64,000 nucleotides of DNA from NCBI RefSeq assembly GCF_009914755.1, contig NC_060932.1; one strand, written 5' to 3'. This DNA is from the human T2T-CHM13v2.0 reference genome, Homo sapiens. The notes beneath the pieces are model-generated. The model searched no databases. It was not told where the DNA came from and saw nothing but the letters and a program-made list of their open reading frames with translations. Of this stretch, positions 38,962 to 53,834 are shown piece by piece (the first letter of the stretch is position 1; the number at the start of each line of letters is the position of its first letter). A program made the translations under genes and the position numbers.

Positions 38962-41900
38962 AATAATTCACACAGAATTGGAATAAGAAATCATTATGAG
39001 TTGATCCTGCTGCTAGCTAACATTTATTGAGTGCTTACAGGCCTGAGGGCTGAGTCTTTCTCTGCCTCAACTTATTCATCTGTAAAATGGAGATAACAGT
39101 TCTTAGTGCACAGAGAACGGTGCAAGAGTTAGCTGAGTTGCTGAGTATGCTGTCTTGTGGTTAAGAGGGGCCTGTGTCTGAATCCTGCTCTGCCATTTCC
39201 TTGAAAGTGACTATGGCTTATGGGATTTTAATAACAAAAATACCTATCTTGTTGTGATGAGTAATGATGATAATGCGTGGCACATACGAATAGCCCAATA
39301 AGCATTAAATTACTATAACAGTACATGCCGTGAAAAAGTAAATGTAAGATATTAATCTTACCATCTCATTTACTTTGCCCAACAAAACACTGAAATACTG
39401 CTGTGATTAGGCCCACCGTGTAATGAAGAAACTCAAGCACAGAGGGGTCAAGAGCTTGCCCAAGGGATGAGCCAATCTTTGAACACAGAGCCTGATTACA
39501 GAATTGCCCTCTGCACCCCTCTTTTCTGGCTGATATGACTGAAGAACATGGGTCATAATATTAAAACATATTGGTGAGCCCTTCAGGTGCAAGTATGCAG
39601 ACAGAGCTAAGTCATGGTGTATGGGCTGGAGAGAGATGAATTACTCAGATGAATAAAAGAGTTATTTGATGTTGTTGCTGGTGGTAAAGGAGAGATAGAA
39701 GAAGAGAGGGGGGAAAGCAGGCAATGCAGCAACAGGCTAGTATTTGAGGAGATAAATACTAAATAATTTATGCTTACATTCTAAAAAATTAAGATCTAAT
39801 TCACACACCAAAAAACTTACCCTCTTGAATTGTGCAAATAAATGGTTTTTAGTATATTCACGAAGTTGTGCAACTATCAGCTCTATCTAATTCCAGAACA
39901 TTTTTATCTCTCTAAAATGAAACATTGTACCCATTAGCAATACTCCCTATTCCCCCACCTCGCCCTCCAGGCCCCGGCAACCATGAATCTGCCCTCTGTC
40001 TTTACACATTTGCCTATTCTAGACATTATGAATGGAATCACCAATATGTGGTCTTTTGTGTCTGTCATTTTTCACTCAGCATAATGTTTCTAAAATTCAT
40101 GCATGTCGTAGCATGGATCAGTACTTCATTTTTTTAATGGCTCAGTAATATTTGCCTGCATGGAGTGACCACATTTTGTTTACCCACTCATCAGTCGATG
40201 GGCATTTGGATTGTTTCTTCCTTTTTTGCTATTCAAGTAACACTACTATGAACATTCCTGTCCAGGTTTAGTGTGAACATATGTTTTCACTTCTCTTGTG
40301 TATACTTAGGAGTGGAATTGCTGGGTCATATGGCAACTCTATGTTTAATTTTTTGAGGAAGTGGCAAACCATTTTCTAAAGTGGCCACACCATTTTACAT
40401 TATCACTAGCTATGCATGAAGGTTGTAATTTCTCCACCTCCTGGCCAATGCTTGTTATTTTTAATTAAAAAATTATAGCCATCTTAGTGTGTGTGAAGTA
40501 ATACCTCATTGTGGTTTTGATTTGCATTTCTCTAATAACTAATAATATTATCTTTTCATGTATATATTATCCATTTGCATATATTCTTTGTGGAAATATC
40601 TACTTAAATTTTTTACCCTTTAATAATGGAATTATTTATCTTTCTATTGTTGACTTGTAAGAGTTTTTTTTAAAATATATTCTGGATACAAGTCCCTTAG
40701 TAGATATATGATTTGCAAATACATTCTTCCATTCTGTGGGTTGTTGCTTTTCTTTCTTGATAGTGTCATTTGAAATACAAAAGTTTTTAGTTTTGATGAA
40801 GTCCAATTTTTTCACACTTGTGTTGTTTGTGATTTTGGTATCACATCTAAGAAGTCATTGCCTAATCCAAGGTAAAGAAGATGTATGTCTCTTTCTTTCT
40901 TCTAAGTGTTTTATAGTTTTAGCTCTTACGTGTTGGTCTCTTATCTATTTTGAGTTAGTTTTTATATATGTGTAAGGTGAAGGTCCACATTCATTCTTTT
41001 GCATGCATGTGGATATCCAGTACCATTTGTTGAAAAGGCTTTTATTTTCCCCATTGAATTATCATGGCACATGCTGAAAATTAATTGATCATAAATTTAA
41101 GAGTGTGTTTCTGGGCTCTGAGTTCCATTCTTCTGCATGTCTATCCATATGCCGATACTACACTCTCTTAATTACTATAGCTTTGTAATATGATTTAAAA
41201 TTGGTAAGTGTGAGTTCTCCAAGTTTGTTCTTCCTTTTCAAGATTGCTTTGGCAACTCTGGGTTCTGGGCATTTCAATACGAATTTTAGGATCAGCTTGT
41301 TAATTTCTGCCAACATGAAAGGTAGCTGGGATTTAACTGGGCCGCATTCCATCTGTAGGGGGCTCTGGAGAGTATGCGCGTACTGGGGAGTGTGGCCATC
41401 CTCACAATATTAAGTCTTCCAATCTAAGAACATGGACTGCTGTCCATTTACTTAGGTCTTTAATTCTTTTCAACAATATTTTGCATTTTTAAGTTTATAA
41501 ATCTGGCACTTCTTTTAAAAAATTTATTCGTAAGTATTTATTTTGATGCTCTCCTAAGTGAACTGGTTTTCTTAGTTTCATTTTCAGATAATTCATTGTT
41601 AGCATACAGAAAGAAATACAACTGATTTTTGTATTGATCTTATATCCTACAACATTGCTGAACTCATTTATTAGCTCTATTTACAAGACAATGTCATCTG
41701 CATAAAGATAGACTCACTTCTTACTGTCCAATCTGGATGCCTTTTATTTCCTTTTCTTGATAGTGGTCCTGGTTAGAATTCTCAGTACAATGCTCATATA
41801 AGTGGGGAGAATGGACATTCTTCTCTTATTCCAGATCTTAAAGGGAAAACTTTCATTTTTTCATCATTAAGTATGATGTTAGCTGTTGCTTTTTGTAGAT

Positions 41901-42211
41901 GGCCTTTAGAAGTTGAAGAAGTTCCCTTCTATGCCTAGTTAACTGTTTTTATCATGAGAGGATTTTGTTGGAGATAGAATTCTTGAGTTTTTTTCTTTCA
42001 GTAGATTGAATATGTCACCCTACTTCCTTCGGGCCTTCATAGTTTCTGGTGAGAGATCTTAATAGAAGTAAAATTATTAATTAATTTATTATATTATTAA
42101 TTATACTTCTTTTAAGATTTTCTCTTTGGCTTTGAACAATTTGATTATGATGTGTGTAAGTGTGGATATCTTTGAATTTATCCTCTTTGGAGTTTGTGGA
42201 GCTTCTTATAG

Positions 42212-42711
<500 letters not shown>

Positions 42712-42917
42712 TGATCCATCCTCAAGTTTGCTGATTTTTTTCTTCTGCTATTCAAATCTGCTGTGGAATCCCTCTAGTGAATTTCCCATTTCATTTGCTT
42801 TGTTTTTTTAAACTACATCTCTTAAGTTTGGGACAGTTATTATAATTTTCATCTCTAAAATTTCTATCTGGTTCTTTTAAGAAAATAATTTGTATCTCAT
42901 TTTTCTGACAGAATAAC

Positions 42918-43993
42918 ATCCCCGCCCCCCTTGTTCACAGGGGATATATTTAAAGATCCACAGTGGACGCCTAAAAACGTGCATAACATCAAATACTATA
43001 TATACTATGTTTCTTCTCTACATATATATCTATGGTGATGTTTAATTTATAAATTAGGCACAGTAAGAGATGAACAACAACAATAAAATAGAAAACTTCT
43101 AACAATATACTGTAACAAAAGTTATGTGAATGTGGTTTCTCTCTTTTTCTTTCAAAATATCTTATTGTACTGTACTCACTCACTTCTTGTGATGAGATGA
43201 TACAATGCCTATGTAATGAGAGAAAGTGAAGTGAATGATGTAGGCATTGAGATGTAACATTAGCCTACTATTGACCTTCTATATTCCTTAATCTATGTAG
43301 CCATCCCTTACTTGCTGTAAATGTCTTGGTGCCACTTGTTTCAGGGACCTCCTTGCTGAAGTCTTTGTAAAGGCTCAATACTTTCTGGAAGAACACATTG
43401 TCTTCAGTTGGAACATATTTTCTGTTCATGTCTTCTACTCACAAATTTAATGTTTTTTCCATCTCAACTAAGCATTTAGCACACATTGTAGCTGCAACTT
43501 TTGCAGTGTGATGTATGACAGCAAAGCTAGTATGAATTTCTTTCTCCTTCTCCACAGTTTCTTGGATAGATTTGTTTGCATTGTGGATCTTACCAATCTA
43601 AGCATACATCTTTTTCCTTTCCTTGTTAATTAGAGAACTTTCACCTTTTTACTTAAAGGAAAACAGTTTACACCTTCTCTTTAGCATAGATGAATTGCTA
43701 TTAAGTAAAATAAGGATTACTTCAACGTAAGCACGATGGTGCTGTCAGAATCGATTTGATATATGAGACAGTTCCTAAGTGACTAGTGGGCAGGTAGCCC
43801 ATACAGTGTGGACACCCTGGACAAAGGGATGATTCATGTCCCACGTGGGATGGAGTGGGATGGCATGAGATTTTATTGTGCTACTCAGAAAGGTGCACAA
43901 TTTAAAACTTATAAATTGTGTATTCCTAGAATTTTTCACAAATTTTTGGACCACAGTTGACCCTGGATAACTACAGCTGTGAAAAGTGAAACC
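42918..43993 (+). mobile_element. Tigger3b/Golem (MER7B-like) Tc1-mariner element, right TIR missing
   Basis: CAGTGGACGCCTAAAAAC…TATATATACTATG; ATTAGGCACAGTAAGAGAT; GGACAAAGGGATGATTCATGTCCC; TTTTGGACCACAGTTGACC. Confidence 0.85.
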
Positions 43994-44086
43994 TAAGGTA
44001 TTTCCATGAATAGCACAGTAGCACAGGCATCATCATCATCATCACCATCATTATTTAAAAGACTTTTATAATAACAACAACAATAA

Positions 44087-44435
<349 letters not shown>

Positions 44436-46700
44436 ATTATTATTTATTGTTATTGTTGTTGCTGTTGGTTTGCTGAGTGACTTCCCTAAACTAATTATAT
44501 AAAGTCTCTATTCTTTATTGTTTGGGGCCATTGCCATCTCCACTTGATTAATTTAGTGGTCAGTGAATAATCAGAGAGTTATTTCCTTTAATGCCTGGGA
44601 CCAATGAGTCTCCTAGACTATACCAAAGGGCTCTTTGTGTGTTTGGGACATGCATTCAATGTTCGTTTAAGTAGCTTACAATTCTGCCTTAGCCTTTACT
44701 TCCTGTTTGCATAAAACCTCAAGGTGAGTCAGAAGTGAGAGCTTAGGGCCCACTTGGGTCTTTCCTGGGCATGAGTACAGCCCCACACATGCATGTGACC
44801 TTCTAGATTCCCAGGAACTTTGCAAAGCCCCCATTGGACATCTCATTCCCCTATTTTCCTTTTTTAAGTTGGTCAGCCTATTGTTTGTCCCAACTGTGAT
44901 TACTGCCTCAGGCAGCTACCATGTCTAACAATTGCTACTAAATATTTTTCACAAATGCCCACTGGGAAAGCTCTGAGTCAGTCAAATAAAGACAAGTTCT
45001 GCAAATAAAGTTTTCCAGTGAAATACCAGAGAGGTCAAATAGTCTCAGTCTTTTCAAAATGAGCATTTGGAAGAGCTTCAGTCCCATTCTACTGCCTTCC
45101 AGTGGCTTGCAGGCTGCTGTTTTTCACTGTGATTTAGTGCTGTTGGTTTTCAAGCGTGGTATGGAGCAGAGGAATGGGGGAATGGAAATAGGGCAGGTTA
45201 AGATTCTACATGGCTCGCTTTAAAAAAAATAATAATAAGATTCAGCTGCTTTACTTGAGTAAATGCTTCCCAGCTTGCTACAAGCCTTTGTTTAAGAGTC
45301 CTGAAAAAATAGATTTTGGCAATTCTTGCCAGTGTTCGTGTGGCTTTTATGGAAGAGTGGATTTTTCGACGTCCTTACCTCACCACTGCCACTGATGTCA
45401 TCCTCCAAAATAATTTTTAGGAACAATTAACTTGCATTATTTGCATTTGCATTGTGTGCAATACTCCCTTTCTTCTCTCCTCAAATATTCAGTAAATTCC
45501 TCCAGAGAGTCACATACCTCATACAAGTAAGTTTCTTTGTACAAATCAAGAGGAAGAGTCAAGAGTCCCATCTAGGGCAAGAGGGTACAAAACAGGGACA
45601 AGAAGCAGGAAAGTAAGAACTTAGAGCCAGGGACAACAAGGAAAACAAAAACTCTTCTTTACTTCTCTCCCTCACTCTTCTCCTAAGTCCCTAAAGAGAT
45701 TGCAATGGAGGTGAAGCTTAAACACATTTCACTTAAATTTCAAAAGACTGAGAATAAGGCAGATATCTTGGAATATACCAAAAGAATATTTGCTGAGTAC
45801 ACACTGCAGCCAGGGACTTGGTGTCCAGAGATGAGTACAACACAGGGTTTTCTTTTGAACACCTCTTGGCTTAGTGGAGAAATAAAAATATGTGATTATG
45901 ACAGATGAAATCTCACTGAAAATTCAGTCACTTAACACCACAAATGTTTATTTTTCACACACATCACTTTCAGATGCAGGGTGTGTCAGGGTGGGTCCCT
46001 CACAGACATTCAGAGACCCAGGTTCCTCCAATCTTGTGGCTCCCTTCTTCTCTGGGTCCTTGGAATTCTCTGCATTCAGTTTGATAGAGAGGGAAAGGAA
46101 GTCAGAATTGTGAATGGGAGGGCACAGTGGGTCAACTCAGATGTGTACTTCACTTGCTCATATTCCCATGGCCTGAACTCAGTCATGTGAACACACTGAA
46201 TTGCAAGCGAGGTTGGAAATGCAGTTTTTGTGCTCTGGGAGAAGAAGAGAGCACGGATGCTGGTGCATACCAGCAGTCTCTGCCACCTAAGTCAGGCACG
46301 TACATGGCTGTGATGCAAGCTTGGAGGGGCCAAGTGTCCTATGACGGATCATGGGCAAGTTGGTGGGAGGTTCTGAGTGAGGAGGGGGAACTTCTAACTG
46401 AGAGCCCTGGGAACATTTTCTGGAGCAAACCATCCTCTCAGCTAGGCCTCAGTGGCCCAGGCGTTATGGTGTAGAAAGGGGATAAATGTGGGTGGTGTGG
46501 CCTTCAAATTCAGCTTAGGCATCATCTTCTCTAGATGAATTAAGAATCCTCCCTGACTACTCATGGCAGCCAGGCCTCGGCAATATTAAAGTAATTTTAA
46601 TTGTTTCTCTACTTGTGCATCAGTTTTCAGACTCTGTCAGTTGCAAGGGATAGAAATAAAGTAGCTTAAGCAAAGAGGGGCTTTATCATGTAAATGGTGT

Positions 46701-47383
46701 TGTATTAGGCTACCATAAAGAGACAGAAATCCACAAATACACATGAACAGGGTCAGTTTGATATAAAGAAGCGTTGATTGTAACAAGGGATTAGAGTAAT
46801 GAGGCATTGGCTTGAAAAAAGCAAGAGAACTGAAAGGATATAGCGCTAGCTGATATAAGGAGCAGCCACCACTCCTGAGGCTGAGATCAGAACTGGGTTG
46901 GAAGTGGCTTGGCTGAAGCTTGCTGAAGAGCAGAAAGTTGCTGTGCTGCCATGCCAGTGTTACTGGAAACAAGCCCTCCAGAACTTGCCAGAAATCTCTG
47001 CTCTCAGGGGTTCAAGGAAAGGTGCTCACAGGGAGATGTCTCACCAGCGGCACTGTGCTGCAAAGTCACCTGAGGGCTGCCAAGGGATGCTGCTGCGCCC
47101 TGCAGGAGCCAGGCGCTCGGGGAGCCATCTGTGCTGCCGGAGCTAGACCCAGAGGGAAGCTGTGTGTGTCCTAGGAGTTGGCCCAATTTGCATCCTGGGA
47201 CCAGGAGGAAAAAAAAAATTCACTCTCTCCTGTAGTGTCTCTCCAACCCCCTCTACTGATAAATCTTAATGTTATACCAACTGGCAAAGAGAAGGGTATT
47301 GAAAAGATCCAGGTCTATCTTTGCAGAGTAGGTAATGGAGAAGACATTTGATGCTGAAAGGCAATAGATAGATGATTGGCTCA
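46701..47383 (-). mobile_element. LTR41-like ERVL LTR, apparently inside an old MLT1 LTR (~46615-47700)
   Basis: GAGACAGAAATCCAC…GAGTAATGAGGCATTGGC…GATATAAGGAGCAGCCAC…GCTGAAAGGCAATAGA. Confidence 0.65.
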
Positions 47384-47829
47384 GTAATCAGTGGGGATTT
47401 GTGACCTCCAGGTAAGGCTGGATCCAGGGTAGTTTAAAGACATAATAAATAAAACTTCTTTTCAACTCTTTGTTCCACTTGTCTTTCCTGAATTTCATTT
47501 CACAGGCAAGTTCTTTCCCATGAGTTGGGCTAGGCAGCTTTTGGCAGCTCTAGGCTCGTGGCTTCTCAGCTTAGGCACGTCATAGGAAGAGAACTTTTCT
47601 GTCTGCATATCAATCCCATGGAGGAATCTAACTGGCCCCACTTGGGCTGCAACCCATCTCTGAACCAATAGCTGAGGCTTCGTCAGACTGAGTCATTTGC
47701 CTTTGCTGTTGCGTACCATGACTGATGAGCCCACCAGGAACACTCAGAAAAGAGGAGGAGTCCCCCCAGGAGCCAGTAACATGGACTTTACAAGGCCAAC
47801 GCTGCACTCCCGATCCTCCTCACCTCACC

Positions 47830-48180
47830 TCACCCATAGGTTCCTCCATTTTACTTACCAGCACCACCATCCTTCTGGTTGTTCAGGCTCCATACATTGG
47901 GGTCATCTTGCTGTATCTTTTATCTTCACGCTCCACACCTGATCAGACAGGAAAGTCTCCTGCCTCTGCTTCCGCTGCTGCTCCCTGCCTATCCGCCACT
48001 GTCTCTGGTTAGATGCTTGCCACAGCCCCCAGACAATTCTTGCCTCTGCCTTTGCCCTCCCTTGTCTATTCTCTTCATCATAGTCTGTTTCTGTGAATTT
48101 GTAAACTAGCACCTATGTCCTGTAAATTTTAAGTCAGGCCATGTCACTGCTCTGCTCGAAACATTCCAAAGGCTCCCACA
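47830..48180 (+). mobile_element. L2 fragment
   Basis: CACCACCATCC…AAGTCAGGCCATGTCACTGCTCTGCTCGAAAC…CAAAGGCTCCCA. Confidence 0.6.
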
Positions 48181-48249
48181 TTCCTCTTGGTGTCCAGACA
48201 AGTCTAAAAAAGATACACAAGGATTAGTGAAGCAAACCATATATGAGTC

Positions 48250-50300
48250 AGCCTGCTGGGGCGATTCAGACCTTCATCTCCATAGCACTGAGGTCCTCAG
48301 TTGCTTTGTCCTCATCAGGGTTTGGTTGGTGGGATTTCTGTAGCTACTCTTGGTCTTGGAGGCACCAAGACCTCCAATTGTTCCACCTGCCTTGCTCCTC
48401 TTCGAATGAATTCCTGAAGCACAGCTTCCTGCCTCCATGGTAGAACAAACCTACTTCTTCATGTCAATCAGTGTATTAGTCTGTTCTTGTACTCCTATAA
48501 AGAACTCCTGGAGACTGGGTAATTTATAAAGAAAAGAGGTTTAATTGGCTCATGTTTCCACAGGCTGTACAGGAAGCATGGCTGGGGAGGCCTCAGGAAA
48601 CTTTCAGTCATGGTAGAAGGGGAAGCAGGCAGGTCTTATGTGGTCAGAGCAGGAGGAATAGAGCAAATGGGGAGGTGCTACCCACTTTTAAACAACCAGA
48701 TCCTTTGGGAACTCACTCACTATCACCAGAACAGCAAGGGGGAAATCCGTCCCCATGATCCAATCACGCTCCTCCAACATTGGGGATTACAATTCGACAT
48801 GAGATTTGAGCAGGACACAAATCCAAACCACAACAATCAGAATCATTCACCCTCTGTCTATATGCTAATGACTTACCTGGTAACAAGACCCAGACCCTCA
48901 CCAGTGTGAGTCTGAGCACTTTCTCCTAAAGCCAAGACCTCCAATCCACAGACCCCAGAACAGTGGGAACAGGAAGCGCATAATCCCCCAGTAGGTTACT
49001 GAGAGTGATGGTAAGTGGGGTCACTCATTCTTCCACCTCTTGGTTTCCAGACCTATGGTTTGGGACTCCAGTTGTATAAGACTGTTGATTTAGAGTACAT
49101 GCTGCATTCTGGGAGATGGTGCCTCGTCCTAACGGGACATTCTTTCCAAGTTGGTATCTAAAACGGGCTGTTCCACTGCTCAGTCAGACCAGCAGCTGCA
49201 AAGTGATGTGGTATATAATAGGACTGGCACATCTTGTGGTTAGTGCCTACTAATGTATCTGTTTAGGTCCAAGGTGATGTTATACAGGTCTACATGCCAG
49301 TAGATCAAATACTTTGTAAGTCCTCATGTAGTGGTTTTGGCTGAGTGGTATTGACTTACGAGGACAGGTAAAGTCATACTTGGAATATGTGTGTTGATTC
49401 CAGTGGAGATAAATTGGTGTTCCCTCCAAGTGGAAGGGGTCCAATATAGTCAATTTGCCATTTAGAGGCTGGTTGGTTTCCTTGAGGAATGATGATGTAT
49501 CAGGGGTTCCATGTTGTTCTCCGTTGTCCATGTCTTTATCAGATTGGTGAGTCTATCAGATACAATTGAGCCCATTCATGGCCATAATTCCTGCCACCAT
49601 GACTGCTTCACTTAGGTATCCATTGTTCCATTAACGAATGGCTGGTAATGTAGTCTGAACGACATCAATGGGCTGAGTCATTCTGTCTTCTTGTTTAGTG
49701 CTTCTTCTGTAATGAATATTCTTTGTTGTCTCCTTGGCTGTCATCTGACTTTGCCACTCATCATGACAATTGTACTCAACTTGCTTCTGGTGGAAAAGTA
49801 CCACCACCCAGCCCCTATTATTTCAAGATCCTATTATTTCCATTTTGCCAGGGAGCCCAGATACATAACAGCATTTCCTATCCTCTGCCATACCTTCAGG
49901 ACTACAGAGGAGAGCCACCATTGAGCTTTGTAATAATGCTGCTGTTCCTCTAATGGAGAGTCTTTCAGGCCGTCCCATGATGCATAGTCATCTGGTGGGG
50001 TTCTAGTCTTAAATAATATATATACTCTAGCGTGTCCATTTCTATGAGCCTTTTGATTTCTTCTCCTTCCACCTTCCACATTTCAAGTACTCAATAGCTG
50101 CATGTGGTTACTGCCTGCCATATTGAACGGTGCAGCTCTCTAGAATCCCATTTCACCCCTGGCGAATGTTTTCACAGTTGCATGGCTACTTTGCAGGAAA
50201 CCATGAGTGTTCCATTTGCTACCAGCAATGGGTCCTCTTTGTTGGCCAGCAGATGATACAGTTCAAAGTTTCCTTTTAGAATCTCCTTTCTTAGATCACC
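48250..50300 (-). mobile_element. Degraded ERVL-class internal region (pol integrase; HERV16/ERV3-16A3-like)
   Basis: The minus strand of ~49060-49500 gives frameshifted remnants of ERVL integrase motifs (IPHH..AAGL.EQWN; QNAA..LNQ; primer-like TYS.Y.F block). Confidence 0.6.
48472..48835 (-). mobile_element. MSTA MaLR solo LTR
   Basis: TGTATTAGTCTGTTCTTG…CAGGCTGTACAGGAAGCATGGCTGGGGAGGCCTCAGGAAAC…; perfect TSD ATCAG at 48467-48471 and 48836-48840. Confidence 0.93.
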
Positions 50301-50399
50301 CCTTATATGAATAGGAGTGTGTCATTTAGGAATCAAGCTTTGAGATGGAGAATTTGAATATAGGAAGTTCTCTTGCTCTCTCCCTCTCTCCTATTATAT

Positions 50400-51330
50400 T
50401 TTGTTCTGACCCATTTGAGAGTAAGTTGTAGATACAATTCCTATCTCTCTCTGAATATGTCAGTTTGCATTTCCTGAAATCAGGGCATTCTTTTACATAA
50501 TCCACAGTGTAAACATTAAAATCAGAAGACTAACATTGATGCAATGCTATCATTGTACTCTTCTATCCACTGTCTCCATAATGCCCTTAGTAGCAAAATA
50601 CAATCCAGATCTCTCATTGCATTCAGTTGTCACATTGCTGTAGCCTCCTTTAATCTGAGACACTTCCTAAGTCTTTATGACACTGACTTTTTTTTTCTTT
50701 TTTAATAAAATTATTATTTTTTTGAGACAGGGTGTTTCTCTGTTGCCCAGGCTGAAGGAGTACAGTGGTGTGATCATAGCTCATTGCAGTCTCGAACGCC
50801 CGAGTTCAAGCAATCTTCCCATCTCAGTCTTCCGAGTAGCTGAGACTACAGGCATGCACCCGCACAGGCAGCTGATTTTTAATTTTTTTGGTAGAGATGG
50901 GGTCTTGCTATGTTGCCCAGGTGGGTCTTGAACTCCTCGCCTCAAGCTGTCCTCCCCGCTTGTCCTCCCAAAGTGTTGAGATTACAGGCATGAGCCACTG
51001 CACCAGACTGACACTGACATTTTTGAAGAGTGCAAGACAATTATTTTGTAGATTTTTCCTCAATTTGTCTGATGTTTCCTTGTGATTAGATTAAGGTTTC
51101 TTTTTGACAAAAAAGACCACAGAAGTGATGCTTTATTCTTCACTGTGCTTCATATCAGAAGGCACATGATGATGTTTTTTTCTATAATTGGGGATGTTAA
51201 CTTTGATCACTTGGTTAAGGCAATTTCGGCCAAGTTTGTCTGCTCCAAAATTGCTATTCTGGGGAAATTATTAGAAACTTAGGTAATTATCTTGTTACCT
51301 TCAACTTTTACCACTAGTTTTAGCATTCAT
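50400..51330 (-). mobile_element. L1MC-type 3' UTR split by an AluJ
   Basis: CCATTTGAGAGTAAGTTGTAGA…TTGCATTCAGTTGTCAC…GATGTTAACTTTGATCACTTGGTTAAGG. Confidence 0.75.
50688..51008 (-). mobile_element. AluJ
   Basis: Diverged dimer; TSD TGACACTGAC at 50678-50687 and 51009-51018. Confidence 0.92.
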
Positions 51331-52460
51331 TGAGTCTTGCCTATAGATTCTGTCTTGTTTGAATGTTAATATTTTAGGTCATTTATTACACTTTTTACTT
51401 GCAGATAACTTTTAGAAAAAGAAACTCCTGTAGATATTTTCCTAATTCTAATAAAATCTGCATCATCTTTCTACTACTGAGATATTAAAATCTAGAGTGA
51501 GGTCATAGGCAATGGGTTAACTATGACAAAGTTGGTCAGGATGACTTTCCTATTTATGGCAATTTACAGGACTTGCCTACTTATGGCAAACACAGATGAC
51601 AGCTTTAAGTGAATGAACATGGTTCTCTATAGTTAAGCATTCTAGCACATGTAGCTTCATATAACAGATATTTATAGTCCCAAGGTTACAAGTCGATGAC
51701 CCTTGGAATCATTAATATTATTGGAAATAATATCCCTTGGTAAATAGGTATAGGTAAAAATGTAACCTGATGACTCAGGTACAAAAAAGTTTAAATTTAA
51801 CTTAACTCTGATAATTGCTATATAAATATTTGCAAACTTTGTCTTTGTCTTTTGTTTTTTTTTCCCCAAATAAAAGGTAAAGGTTAATCCAGCACTTCAA
51901 GTTTTCAAAAGGATTTGGGTTAACAGCTTCTCGTTAAGATTCTTCGTAAAGAACAACGTTTGTGGTGTCTGGTTGTACAACTTTAGTTTTAATCAAACTT
52001 TAAACATAAGAGCTAAGGAAAATTCATTTCTACCCTTTTCAGAGATGGTAAAATTTGTTTAATAAATTGAATGAAGTAAGTATATGGCAGAAATTGACTC
52101 TCATAACATTTTCAAAAGACCTCAATGCTGTCACTGCGGGAATGTTATGTGGCTTGCCACAGTGCTTGGTGAGCTGACTCTTTTCTTGGCAAATTGGTAG
52201 TAAGCTCAGCTTCTCAGAACCATTAGTAGTAGGAACAAGAGAATGAATAATCAGGCCTCTTTGACTTGCCCTGATGGAGAACTAAGTGAGAATAGCTACG
52301 TAGAAGGGAACAGAGCATTTCCTGTAGCTGCCAGGTCCAAGGACGGTCTAGCTTCAGGCACAGCTAGATCCAGGGGTTCAGTTGAAGCCCTCAGAGCTCT
52401 CTTTCTTTCCATGTCTTTTCTTGGCTTTGTTCTGCAGGTGGCCTCTCTCCATATGCTGGG

Positions 52461-52894
52461 TATATTAATTTCTTAGGGATGCCAAGACAAATTATCACAC
52501 ACGGGGTGGCTTAAAACCAGAGACTTTCTCTCACAGTTCTGGAGGCTAGAAGTCCTAAATCGAGGTGTGGACAGAGCCACACTCCCTGGGAAGGCTCTAG
52601 GGGAGGATCCTTCTTTGCTTCTTCCTGGCTCTGGTGACTCCCAGCAATCCCTGGCATTCCTTGGCTTGTAGACGCATCACTCCAGTCTCTGCTTTCATCC
52701 TCACATAGTCTCTTCTCTGTGAGTCTCTGTGTCTTCTTCTCTTATAAGGAATACCAGTCCCACTCTAATCCAACAGTAAACTTTATCTTAGGTTCACTAA
52801 TGACATCTACAAAGACCCTACTTCCAAATAAGCTCATATTCCGATATTCCAGGTGGACATGAATTTTGGGGACACATTGTTCATTCTACTGTAC
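52461..52894 (-). mobile_element. MLT1B-like MaLR LTR
   Basis: CTCACAGTTCTGGAGGCTAGAAGTCC…GGCTCTAGGGGAGGATCCTTC…GGCATTCCTTGGCTTGTAGACGCATCACTCCA. Confidence 0.88.
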
Positions 52895-53230
52895 TGGGCT
52901 TTTTATTATCATCTGCATACTGCCAGTGCCTAGCCAGGGCATATAGTTGGTACTCAAAATGTTTGCTGAATTGAATTGACTCGATTTCGAACAGAAGTGT
53001 GCTGAAACCACATAAAGATGGTATCAGAGAGAGGATGGATTTACTCTCTGGTCTTCTGCTCCTGTGGACCCTGGCAGAAGATACCTCATGTCTCAAGCTG
53101 ATGGAACATGCCTGCTCGTGGGGCTCTGCCTGCTCTCTCTGACCTTTCTGGGTGCTTCAGGTTTTAGGGTATTTTCTTGCTGGACTGCCAGGAGAATGCA
53201 AAATAAGAAAAGAAAGTGACAAGCCACTAG

Positions 53231-53834
<604 letters not shown>

